The notes under the pieces: generated by a model | Told to the model about the DNA's origin: nothing | What the model saw: the letters and a program-made list of their open reading frames with translations, nothing else | The model's database searches: none | Made by a program: the position numbers and the translations under genes | In this document: positions 1 to 9,167 of the stretch, piece by piece | Layout of the letters: every line of letters starts with the position of its first letter | Numbering within the stretch: position 1 is the stretch's first letter | NCBI GenBank assembly: GCA_965226795.1 | Contig: CBDDDZ010000003.1 | Location: 480,001-544,000 of the forward strand | Length of the DNA: 64,000 nt | Source: Candidatus Latescibacterota bacterium | Lineage (GTDB): Bacteria > Latescibacterota > UBA2968 > GCA-2709665 | Reading direction: 5' to 3'

Positions 1-2
1 AA

Positions 3-455
3 GCGGGTCCCGGTGCGATCGGACGTCCGCATATCGCCGATGCGATGGTGGAAGAGGGCCTGGTTTTTTCGGTCGACGAAGCGTTTCACAGGTACTTGGG
101 ATACTCGAAACCGGCTTTTGAACGCAAGTACTCTTTGTCGCCGTCTCAGGCTATTCAGGTGATCAGGGCCGCGGGCGGGCTGGCCTGTGTCGCACATCCG
201 GGGCTTTACCGAAGGGACGATTTGATTCCGGACATGGTTTCCGACGGCCTGGATGGCATCGAGGTCCGGCACACCAAGCATAACGCCTCGCACGTCGCCC
301 GATATTCGATGATTGCAAGGGAGAACAACCTTCTATGCACGGGAGGTTCGGATTGCCATGGCGACGGCAGGGGAGATTCGGTAATTGGAACCGTGGAGGT
401 ACCGCTGTCCTACGTGGAGGCGATGCGGGAGCGCTTGAAAACCAGAGAAAGCTGA
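3..455 (+). CDS. PHP-domain phosphoesterase (TrpH/YciV-like), 5' truncated by window edge
   Basis: Frame is open from base 3 (AGPGAIGRPHIADAMV); motifs GRPHIA, VAHPG, GLDGIEV, TGGSDCHG. Confidence 0.85.
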   Translation, partial: AGPGAIGRPHIADAMVEEGLVFSVDEAFHRYLGYSKPAFERKYSLSPSQAIQVIRAAGGLACVAHPGLYRRDDLIPDMVSDGLDGIEVRHTKHNASHVARYSMIARENNLLCTGGSDCHGDGRGDSVIGTVEVPLSYVEAMRERLKTRES

Positions 456-544
456 AAGTTTGCCAGGCAGGATCGAGTGTAACGCGGGCGCCTGGTCCGT
501 GCATCCCGGGCAAAGCATTTCGTGAGTCTGGATGGGGCGAGCCA

Positions 545-1525
545 ATGCGGTCGGGTAGCGCTTTTTTTGACGAAGACCGGTCCGATCTCTATTTTCTGAA
601 TACCCGTGAGGTGTTGTCGCGGGAGGACATCGATCCGGTCGTGACCATGGAGGTGTTTCCTAACGGGAACGGCACGCTTTGCGGCATGACCGAGGTACTG
701 GAGAACCTGGAAACGGTGTGGCCTGAGGATGCGTCCGTATGGGCGCTGCGTGAAGGCGCGGCGATGTCGCGGAAGGAAGTGGTGCTCCGGATTCAGGCGC
801 GTTACAGCAGCTTCGGTATCTTTGAGACCGCATATCTGGGTACGCTTGCCCAGAAAAGCGGCTGGGCAACGGCGGCACGGACATGCGTGGACGCCGCCGC
901 CGGCATTCCGGTGATCAGCTTTGGCGCGCGCCATGTCCATCCCGCGGTCTCGGATTTCATGGAATATTCGGCCCTGGTTGGAGGATGCTCCGGATGCGCC
1001 ACGCCCGCGGGGGCCCGGTTGGCGGGGCAGGTTGCGACGGGCACGATGCCGCATGCCCTGATGTTGATTATGGGAGACACGTTGACGGCGGCGCAGGCCT
1101 TCGACCGGCACATGCCGGAATCGATCCGGCGGATCGTACTGGTGGATACATTTATGGATGAAGAGGAAGAGAGCGTTCGGTTGGCCAGGGCAATGGAAGG
1201 ACGGCTGCTGGGCGTGCGCCTGGACACACCCTCTGAACTGGGTGGCGTGACGCCCGATCTGGTGGGTCGGGTACGAAACAGGCTGGATCGCTCCGGGCAT
1301 CGGGAGGTGAAGATATACGTGAGCGGCGGGATGACGCCGGAACGCATCCGGGAGTTCGTAGACGCCGGATCCGCGGTGGACGGGTTCGGCGTGGGCAGCG
1401 CAATCAGCGGAGCGCCACCGATCGACTTTACGGCCGACATCAAAGCTGTGGGAGCCCAGTCCGTGGCCAAGCGGGGACGGAGGCCAGGGGTGACGGAGAA
1501 TGCCAGATTGAGTAAAGTGCGTTGA
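545..1525 (+). CDS. pncB: Nicotinate phosphoribosyltransferase (short type)
   Basis: SDLYF, SFGARH, GTMPHAL, LVDTF, GVRLDT, VSGG, GFGVGS motifs; start taken at ATG 545. Confidence 0.85.
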   Translation: MRSGSAFFDEDRSDLYFLNTREVLSREDIDPVVTMEVFPNGNGTLCGMTEVLENLETVWPEDASVWALREGAAMSRKEVVLRIQARYSSFGIFETAYLGTLAQKSGWATAARTCVDAAAGIPVISFGARHVHPAVSDFMEYSALVGGCSGCATPAGARLAGQVATGTMPHALMLIMGDTLTAAQAFDRHMPESIRRIVLVDTFMDEEEESVRLARAMEGRLLGVRLDTPSELGGVTPDLVGRVRNRLDRSGHREVKIYVSGGMTPERIREFVDAGSAVDGFGVGSAISGAPPIDFTADIKAVGAQSVAKRGRRPGVTENARLSKVR

Positions 1526-1579
1526 CGGAACATTTCCGCCGCCAGCGGATGTTCCAACGACAGGGGATGGAGAAGGTAG

Positions 1580-1834
1580 ATGGAGGTCAAGGTCTTGTTT
1601 TTTGCGTCGTGCAGGGATCTTGTTGGAACACGGGAGGCATCGATATCGCTGCCCGAGCGTTCCTCGGTGGCCGACCTGCTGGCGCGGCTAGCGGCGGATC
1701 ATCCCCGGTTTCGGGAAATGGAAGGCAGTTTGATGGTGTCGGTCAACCAGGCGTACGTGGACAGGTCACAGAGGCTTAATGATGGGGACGAGGTGGCGTT
1801 AATCCCGCCGGTAAGCGGGGGAAGCACAGGCTGA
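1580..1834 (+). CDS. moaD: Molybdopterin synthase sulfur carrier subunit, with STG tail after the Gly-Gly
   Basis: VKVLFFAS...DGDEVALIPPVSGG; adjacent to moaE. Confidence 0.9.
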   Translation: MEVKVLFFASCRDLVGTREASISLPERSSVADLLARLAADHPRFREMEGSLMVSVNQAYVDRSQRLNDGDEVALIPPVSGGSTG

Positions 1835-1875
1835 CGGCGTTGCAAAAGGCAAATCGCAGGAGGGGGGAAGATCGC

Positions 1876-2328
1876 ATGTCCGGTGATCTTTACCGTATCC
1901 AGGAAGACCCAATACCGGCCGACGCGCTGCACGACGCTGTGCTGAGAGATTCGGATGGCGCGGTGGCGACCTTCGCCGGGGTAGTGCGAGACCATGCGAT
2001 GGGCCGCCGGACCAGATATCTGGTTTACGATGCATATAAAGAGATGGCCGAGAAGAAGATGAAGGAGATTGGACAGGAGGTGAAGGTGAAGTGGGACGTG
2101 GACCGGGTGGGCATGCTGCACCGGGTGGGGCGACTGGAAATCGGCGAGACCAGTGTCTTGATTGCAATTTCCGCGCCGCACCGGAAAGCGGCCCTGGAAG
2201 CGTGTCACTACGCGATCGATCGACTGAAGGAAACGGTGCCCATCTGGAAAAAGGAAGTGTGGACGGACGGAGAGGAGTGGATCGAGGGCGATCCGTCTGC
2301 GCCGCATCCGGCCGCGGTCAGCAGATAG
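1876..2328 (+). CDS. moaE: Molybdopterin synthase catalytic subunit
   Basis: GAVATFAGVVR, HRVGRL, SAPHRKAA, PIWKKE; strong SD (AGGAGG) before ATG 1876. Confidence 0.93.
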   Translation: MSGDLYRIQEDPIPADALHDAVLRDSDGAVATFAGVVRDHAMGRRTRYLVYDAYKEMAEKKMKEIGQEVKVKWDVDRVGMLHRVGRLEIGETSVLIAISAPHRKAALEACHYAIDRLKETVPIWKKEVWTDGEEWIEGDPSAPHPAAVSR

Positions 2329-2329
2329 C

Positions 2330-2710
2330 GGTCAGCAGTCAGCCGACAAAGCCTGGCGGCGGCCTGCTTAGATCGCGGGCGTTCACAAACCTTCTTGCTG
2401 AACGGATTAGCGCGGAAAAGCCCCTCCGCCACCACCGGGCGGGAGGTAGACTGCAAGAAACCGCCGGGATTAGCGTGGTGCCGCTCTCAGCTGTCTGCTA
2501 AACGCTGACGCCCTACCCCGGGAGCGAGGGCTTCCAGCCCTCGCAGCGCCGTCGTTGCATTTGTAGGGGCAACTCTAAGAGTTGCCCACGTCATGGCGTG
2601 TATATCGATGGTCGACGTCGCCGGTTCGTATTGCTAGCCGGTTCAAGCTGACAGCTATAAGCTGATGGCTGAACGCTATTCTCGCCGGAGGCAGGGAATT
2701 TGGGGAGGGG
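2330..2710. repeat. Intergenic repeat mosaic: partial N30/N30 element (~2395-2447), GTAG-type REP (2563-2587), GCTGA-type heptamers, end of an inverted arm (~2680-2705)
   Basis: Segments match copies near 45.7 kb, 46.2-46.3 kb and 54.2 kb. Confidence 0.7.
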
Positions 2711-2789
2711 TCGTGAATTTGGAGTCTGTCTGTCTTTCCATTTTATTCACCATTTCTTAGGTCTACACTAGCAATTTCAGGTGTAATCC

Positions 2790-3677
2790 ATGCGCCCGAA
2801 CAGGTATCACCTTTTTGCCCGGATCCACTCCCGGTGCCTTTGGCATCTGCTGGGCATCACGCTGTTTGTTCTGGTCGCGTCTGCCGCGGTGGAGATCACG
2901 GCGTCGGACTCGAGCGCGCTCCGGACGGCATCCGGTGACAGTATCGTCACATCCCCTGCGGATTCGACCCTGGCGACGAGCCCACGGCGATACACGTACC
3001 GCGTAAAACAGACGTATCCGCACGATCCCGGCGCATTTACCCAGGGGCTTGTATATGAAGACGGGTTTTTTTTCGAGGGAACGGGGCTTTACGGGCGGTC
3101 GTCGTTGCGCAAGGTCGTTCCCGAGACCGGTGAGGTTACGCGGATGCATCCGCTGGAATCCCGGTATTTTGGCGAAGGGATTACGATTTTCGGAAATCGC
3201 ATCATTCAGTTGACCTGGGTTTCCCGGACCGGATTTGTCTACGATAAGGAACGGTTCGAACGCTTGCGGTCGTTCACCTATTCCACCTCGGGATGGGGGA
3301 TTACGCACGACGGTCGCCGGTTGATCATGAGCGATGGGACTCCGACGCTGTATTTTAGAGATACCGAGACGTTTGAGGAGGTGGGGCGGGTGGAGGTCCG
3401 GGACGATATGGGGCCGGTGACCCGGCTGAATGAACTGGAATACGTAGAAGGCGAAGTCTACGCCAATGTCTGGGACACGGACTTGATCGCCAGGATCGAC
3501 CCCGAGTCCGGAAGGGTCGTGGGCTGGATCGACCTGACCGGGTTGTTGGCCGGGCGGGAACGGCTTGGCGCGGATGCCGCGTTGAACGGAATCGCTTACG
3601 ATTCATACGGTAAGCGCCTGTTCGTGACCGGGAAACGATGGCCGAAGCTATTCGAAATTGAAACGGTGCCCAGATAA
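2790..3677 (+). CDS. Glutaminyl-peptide cyclotransferase (bacterial/plant type)
   Basis: YPHDPGAFTQGL, EGTGLYGRS, FGEGIT, LNELEY, LNGIAYD, TGKRWP; hydrophobic N-terminus. Confidence 0.92.
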   Translation: MRPNRYHLFARIHSRCLWHLLGITLFVLVASAAVEITASDSSALRTASGDSIVTSPADSTLATSPRRYTYRVKQTYPHDPGAFTQGLVYEDGFFFEGTGLYGRSSLRKVVPETGEVTRMHPLESRYFGEGITIFGNRIIQLTWVSRTGFVYDKERFERLRSFTYSTSGWGITHDGRRLIMSDGTPTLYFRDTETFEEVGRVEVRDDMGPVTRLNELEYVEGEVYANVWDTDLIARIDPESGRVVGWIDLTGLLAGRERLGADAALNGIAYDSYGKRLFVTGKRWPKLFEIETVPR

Positions 3678-3751
3678 AGACGTAAGAGTCGTTCGGGACG
3701 TGGGCCCCTAGGCCCTGTGGGAGATGTCAGAGGCACGGTGAAAGCCGTGCC

Positions 3752-5140
3752 TTATCTGTTATGGCGCCATTTCAGCAGCGTGCCAATGTCCATCAGAAAG
3801 GCGTGGTCTGATTCTTCACTTCCGGTGGGATTCTTGAGGGACTCGATCCTGGCCGTGGTGGAACGGCAGAGACCGTTGAGGATATTGGTCGGTACATCCA
3901 GGCGGTTGCGGGTCTTGTAGAAGGCGCGAATGAGTTCGGCCCGAGCGGGGCCCGTGTTGCCCACGGGGTTTCCCTCGTTGTCCAGATGGAAGTCCCGGTC
4001 GTATTCCCAGCCGGTGCAGTAGTCCCCCGACGCAGTTTGCAGGAAGGTGGCGAAGTTGAGGGCTGCGCAGAGCCGGGCCCTGAGCGGCTCGGAAAAGGAA
4101 TGGTCCGCGGGCAGGACGTCGTACAGAGAGGCGAGTCCATTGGCGGTAATGGACTGATAGCCGATATGGAAGTTGTGACCCGGCCACCCGCCGCGGGGAA
4201 GCTGCGCGAAGAAGACGCCGCCTCGGGTACGCCAGATAGCCGTCTCCAGGTATTTGTCTTCACCGGTGAAAGCATACAGCAGGGCGAGAAACCACAGGGC
4301 GAACGCATCGTAATTGTTGTTTCCCGTAAAGGGGCAGGTCATCGTCCAGTCGGCGGCCCTTCGAACGGCGTCGAGGTATTTTTCTTTTCCCGTGACGCGA
4401 TACCCTTCCGCAAGCGCCAGGCCGGCCCAACCCGTATCATAGAAGTTATCGCGCTGGTTCATCATGCCGCCGGGAACGCCTTTGTACCACCAGAGGAAGG
4501 CGCCGTTTGCATCCTGCTCGGCAAGGAGATAGTCCAGGCCGCCCAGAGCCAGCGTCTTGTATTGTTCGTCGCCGAGGGCTTCATAGCCGTAGAGATACCC
4601 GAGGGTGATATTGGCGGGCCAGCGGTACGCAGGTTTTTCCGCATCCGGACTCCTGCCCCAACCGCCGTCCGGGTTGCGGTACACTTCACATGCGGTATGC
4701 GCCGTGTGGAACGCCGCCGCGAGCGTATCCGGGTCAACGGGTTCAAAGGTACAGGAAGCGTCGATGATGCAGTCCCGAGGCGCAACCGGGAAGCCGTCGG
4801 GCAGGCGGCTACCGGGCGCGACAACCTCAAAGGATTCGGTGGCGATGGCCCTGGTATTTTGTAATTCTGACAGAACCTGCGCGGTGACGAGATATGCGCC
4901 CGGCGGAAAATCGGGTTCCAGGTCGCAATGAAAGGGGAGCACGGTGTGACCGCCCTCGAGGTCCCGGTCTACATCGCGGAATGAGAGCCGCGTGGCGCCA
5001 AGAGGATCGTTCACCGCAAATCGGATCCCGATCGTCTGCGCGTCCAGCCCGATGACATGAAGATCTATTGAGATCCGCTGGCCGGGAACGAAGCCGACGC
5101 TTTTGTCCGGGATGGATATGAGGAGATGGGGTTCGGGCAT
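3752..5140 (-). CDS. Hypothetical protein, probable (alpha/alpha)-toroid fold with an N-terminal beta domain
   Basis: Repeated helical hairpins (YRVTGKEKYLDA, YAFTGEDKYLE) and Q-x-x-x-G-x-W/F turns. Confidence 0.6.
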   Translation of the reverse strand: MPEPHLLISIPDKSVGFVPGQRISIDLHVIGLDAQTIGIRFAVNDPLGATRLSFRDVDRDLEGGHTVLPFHCDLEPDFPPGAYLVTAQVLSELQNTRAIATESFEVVAPGSRLPDGFPVAPRDCIIDASCTFEPVDPDTLAAAFHTAHTACEVYRNPDGGWGRSPDAEKPAYRWPANITLGYLYGYEALGDEQYKTLALGGLDYLLAEQDANGAFLWWYKGVPGGMMNQRDNFYDTGWAGLALAEGYRVTGKEKYLDAVRRAADWTMTCPFTGNNNYDAFALWFLALLYAFTGEDKYLETAIWRTRGGVFFAQLPRGGWPGHNFHIGYQSITANGLASLYDVLPADHSFSEPLRARLCAALNFATFLQTASGDYCTGWEYDRDFHLDNEGNPVGNTGPARAELIRAFYKTRNRLDVPTNILNGLCRSTTARIESLKNPTGSEESDHAFLMDIGTLLKWRHNR

Positions 5141-5230
5141 TTCGGAAACTCCGTTTCGGGCGCACCGGGCCCGGACGACAAGGGCACCGCCTCCCGTGCG
5201 ACCGCCAGGCGCCTCGACGGGTCTTGACCG

Positions 5231-6907
5231 TTACGTTGCCGGAATAACCGGCAGGACAATGTGGGACGGATATTCTTTTGAGTGATGGACGGTCTGATGG
5301 GCCTGGCGCATTTCGGTTTCGCTTCCCAGGGCGCGGCCCGTGTTGAGATTGCGGTCGAACCGGGGAAAGTTCGACGACGAGATCTCGAGGCGGATGCTGT
5401 GGCCTTTCCTGAAGACGTTTCCCGTGACGCCCAGGTCGATTTCATATGTGTAGACGCCGCCGGGTTTGAGCAGGGATGGGCTGGTAAGGCTCTCTCGAAA
5501 CCGGGCTCTCAGGATGCCGTCGCAGAGGTTCATGGCGTACCCCGTGGGTGACACGTCCACCAGTTTGGCGGTCCAGTCCGTGTCCGTGCAGTCGGTGGCG
5601 GCGTAAAGGATGGCCTTGACGGGTCCCGTGACTTCCAGGTCTGTTTCCAGGCGGTCGCTGGTATAACAGAGCACGTCGCTGCGCATTTCCACCGGGCGCT
5701 GGTCCTGCGGCCCCCAGGGGACGATATGAGGGGAGCAGCAGTTGTTACCGCCCATGGTCGGCGCGGGGTAGCGCGGATCATAGGTGTAGTGATCGGGGTG
5801 TTCCTGGCCTGGCGGATCGATCGAGAGGCAGCCTTCGCCAAGCAGCGCGTTGGCGTTGCCGGCTGAGTGCAGGTGCCATTTTTGCCACTGGGTTCGCGCC
5901 AGGGGCCATTCGTGTTCGTCGCGCCACCGGTTGACCCCCATGATGAACAGCCTCAAGGGCGGTTCGTCCACGATGCCGTTGTCGATGCCTTTGAGCCAGT
6001 AGTCGAACCAGCGCTGTTCGAGGCTTTCGAGGTCGACCATGGAAGCCGCCCCGAAATCGACGTCGCCGGTTTTTGGCGACGTACTGAGGGCGTGCGGCCA
6101 AGGCCCGACGATGAGTTTGCTCTTATTTGCCGCTTCCGACCCTCCGTTCTGGCGAAGGCCGTTGTAGTTGCTGAAGGTCTGGGCGGCATAGAGGTCGTAC
6201 CAACCGCCCATATTGAACGCGGGGGCGATAATTTCGCCCCATCTGGTTTCGTCGTTGAATTCTTCCCAGTAGTCGTCGTAAGCGGCGTGTTCGACCCAGT
6301 CTTTCCAGAAATCGACGTCGCGGCCCGCATGTTCGTCCATTTTGTTGAGAGGCAGCGCACGGAAGGCTTCGGTCCAGTTGTGATATTCAATGGTCTGGCC
6401 GGTGCGTGCGTTGGTGCGCATGCCCCAGGTAAGCATGACGTTGAGCTGGAAGGCGCCGCCGGGGTGGACGAGGCCGGTGTAGTAGTCGGTGCAGATGACC
6501 CGGGGCGTCATGCATTTGAGGTATCGACTCCGGTACGGCGCGCTGCGCCACTGGACGGCGCCGCCGTAGGAACCGCCGGCCATCCCGATGTTGCCGCTGC
6601 ACCAGTCCTGTTCCCCGATCCACTCCTGGGTGTCGTACCCGTCTTCACCTTCCCGAAACGCGTAATAGGTGCCTTCGGAGTCCCACCGCCCGCGGCAATC
6701 CTGTAGGACGCAGGCGTATCCGTTATTGGCCAGCCGCCTGGCTTTCTCGACCATTCCATCGGCGTTATTGCTATAGGGCGTGCGCATGAGGACCGTGGGG
6801 AATCTCCCATGTGCGCGAGGAAGATAGATGTCCGCTGAAAGGTTGATCCCGTCGCGCATAGGGACCTTCACGTCCAGTTGCATGTCAACGTCGTAGTTCG
6901 GCAGCAT
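5231..6907 (-). CDS. CocE/NonD family serine hydrolase
   Basis: VPMRDG, RTPY, QDCRGRWDSEG, nucleophile elbow GGSYGG, GPWPH, SSSNFPRFDRN. Confidence 0.93.
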   Translation of the reverse strand: MLPNYDVDMQLDVKVPMRDGINLSADIYLPRAHGRFPTVLMRTPYSNNADGMVEKARRLANNGYACVLQDCRGRWDSEGTYYAFREGEDGYDTQEWIGEQDWCSGNIGMAGGSYGGAVQWRSAPYRSRYLKCMTPRVICTDYYTGLVHPGGAFQLNVMLTWGMRTNARTGQTIEYHNWTEAFRALPLNKMDEHAGRDVDFWKDWVEHAAYDDYWEEFNDETRWGEIIAPAFNMGGWYDLYAAQTFSNYNGLRQNGGSEAANKSKLIVGPWPHALSTSPKTGDVDFGAASMVDLESLEQRWFDYWLKGIDNGIVDEPPLRLFIMGVNRWRDEHEWPLARTQWQKWHLHSAGNANALLGEGCLSIDPPGQEHPDHYTYDPRYPAPTMGGNNCCSPHIVPWGPQDQRPVEMRSDVLCYTSDRLETDLEVTGPVKAILYAATDCTDTDWTAKLVDVSPTGYAMNLCDGILRARFRESLTSPSLLKPGGVYTYEIDLGVTGNVFRKGHSIRLEISSSNFPRFDRNLNTGRALGSETEMRQAHQTVHHSKEYPSHIVLPVIPAT

Positions 6908-7001
6908 TGAAATCTCCAGGCCAGATATTACCGGTTAACAGTTCCCTGAGTGTTGCGACTCCAATTTCAACATACGCCCACCCAGGGAAAAGCGATTTCA
7001 A

Positions 7002-7605
7002 CTATAGGCTGGATGCTCGGGTTTGGAGTCTCCATTCCTGAAATGTGTTGCGCAGAGCCTCGACGAATCGCCGAAAAGATCGGTCCGATCGTGCTACGCG
7101 GTTGATGTCTATGTGCTGTACGATGTCTTCCGCGTATTCAATACCCCCAAGTCTGGGAATCGTCCCCGTGTCACGAATGGCCTCAATCAAGCGCTGCTTA
7201 TATCGTCTTCGATCACATTTCTGATCGGGTGCATCGCACCCCATTCCAAACACGGCCTTGAATGCCGGTCCATCGAGTAGAAGCCAACGCTCGATATGCG
7301 GATCGGGAATGGCATGGATCATTGTTGCGGGTTCTCCTCGGGCGATAATCTCCCGCATTCGCTCGTTAAGTCCTTTGCAGTTGGCGTCTGTAGCGACGAC
7401 GATCACATCGGGTCGTGGGTTCCCTTGCCGTATAAGGTCACGTATATAGTTGTTGTATTCGGTAATGACTCTCCCGTAGCCGCCTACTGCGCTCCGCCAG
7501 TCCCAGATGCACATCGATGTTGTATTCGCCGGCGACCCTGCTGACGAGGGCGCCTATGACAAGCTGATGTGCGTAGTCCTCGGCAAAAAGCGCGATTTCA
7601 CGCAT
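7002..7605 (-). pseudogene. DUF4276-like (TOPRIM-like) partner of the ABC ATPase; one extra base near 7502-7504 as assembled
   Basis: ATG at 7605 gives MREIALFAEDYAH...DVHL, which joins DWRSAVGG...ATDAN...PHIERWLL after removing one G; overlaps the ATPase stop. Confidence 0.65.
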
Positions 7606-8907
7606 CGAAATCCCCTCTCAGAATGCGTGCTGAAACCGGGAGTCCGTCTTCATCGTCGGATAGCGCTTGGCTAATATCATTGCGTCTCGCCAGTGACCCC
7701 CACGACGAGAACGGATCAATGCGAGTTTGCCTGTTAAGGCGCCGGACCGCAAACAGGGAGTCGTCATCAATCAGGTCGGGCAGGATCGGTGAGTGGGTGG
7801 TAATGATATGTTGAGTCTGGTTCAGGACCTCCTGAGTCTTGAGCAATTCCGCGATCAACTGGATGCGGCGCGGGTGAATGCCATTCTCCGGCTCTTCGAA
7901 TGCGACCAATGCAGGGGTGTCGGCAACGCCAGAGAGGGCCAGGAGTCCGAGCATCCTCAAGGTGCCTTCTGAGAGCACTCGAGCCGGAATTGCAACACCC
8001 CCTTCCTTTAGTCTCAGTTCCACCTCTCCGAGATCGCTCACTTCTACCTCGATTCCTTCGATGTTGGGCATCAACGCGCGTAGAGCTTTTTCGACGCCCT
8101 TGAATTGCTTGGCATCGGTTGCTTTCATTGTATTCAGAAAGGCGGCGAGTTCTTCGCCTATCAAACCGATATGTCGTACCTCTTTTACTGGATTCGCGGC
8201 CCTCATACGTTCGCGAGGTTCGAAGTAAAAGAACAGCCAACTCTCCAACTCACGCCGAGCCGCCGCCAAGTGCGGATAGTGAGGCGGATAATGTGGCATC
8301 GAGAGAACGCTGTGGTCAAGGAAACGATCGTAATAGGTGGGATGCGCCTGTCCCTCCAAGCGCAGGTGTATCTTCTGATCCTGGCGTTCGATAAATGGCC
8401 TGCGTTTTCCGGTGGGTTGCCCATCGGCATTCAATGCAGCCAAGTATTCATCGGCTACGCGCAGAACACCAGATTTTGGCAGCATCTCTATCTCAATGCG
8501 GTATCGGAGATATGTTTCACGCACCCGGGCAGGGATTTTTCCCCCGGATTTGAACTCGGCCTCGACGCTTGGGCGACGCATTTCTAGAATCTGGCGATTC
8601 ACAGTCTCGACAACGCGGCGGACAAGCTAAGGTCCGCTTCAATGGAGAACGACAGTCTTTCCTGTTCGAGTAGACCCTTGATGCCGTTTTTTCCGAAGGT
8701 AAAGGACTCTAGCGGTTTCCCTCGATAGGGAGGATCAAACGCTTCTTTGACCGTCCGACTCGTCCCCAGCTTCGACAGTAACTGCAAGGCGTCGAGCAAG
8801 TTGCTCTTACCGGCGGCATTTGGTCCGAATAGCACGACCAGCTGCGATAGAGACACTTCGACGTCGTCAAGAGACTTATATCCTCGGATCTGTATTCGCC
8901 TCAGCAT
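7598..8907 (-). pseudogene. AAA_21/ABC-type ATPase; frameshift near 8615 as assembled
   Basis: Walker A GPNAAGKS in 8599..8907; LSEGT, FEEPENGIHP and ITTHSP in 7598..8602; the halves rejoin with one added base. Confidence 0.85.
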
Positions 8908-8927
8908 GTCGGACTCTCCAATGCATT

Positions 8928-9115
8928 TTATTCCAATGGATCTATTAATCTACGCCCATGTCGAAAAAACACACAGCCCGGATCCTTTAGTTCCCGCATC
9001 AAGTTCTCCTTCAACGCATCCATGGTTTCGCCTTGCTTCCAATAGTCGGGATACTCTTCAGGATATCCCAGAGACATAGGGCCGTCCTGCCAGGAGATGT
9101 AATTCTGCATTTCAT
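8928..9115 (-). pseudogene. Degenerate HicB-family antitoxin-like ORF; no hicA seen
   Basis: WQDG..LGY.EEYPDYW.QGET.D.LKENL matches short HicB proteins; the SD-linked ATG at 9115 is out of frame with the body. Confidence 0.6.
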
Positions 9116-9167
9116 TGTCTTCCTCCTTTCTCGATCATCGAGTTCATTCCTGTGGCGCAAGAAAACG

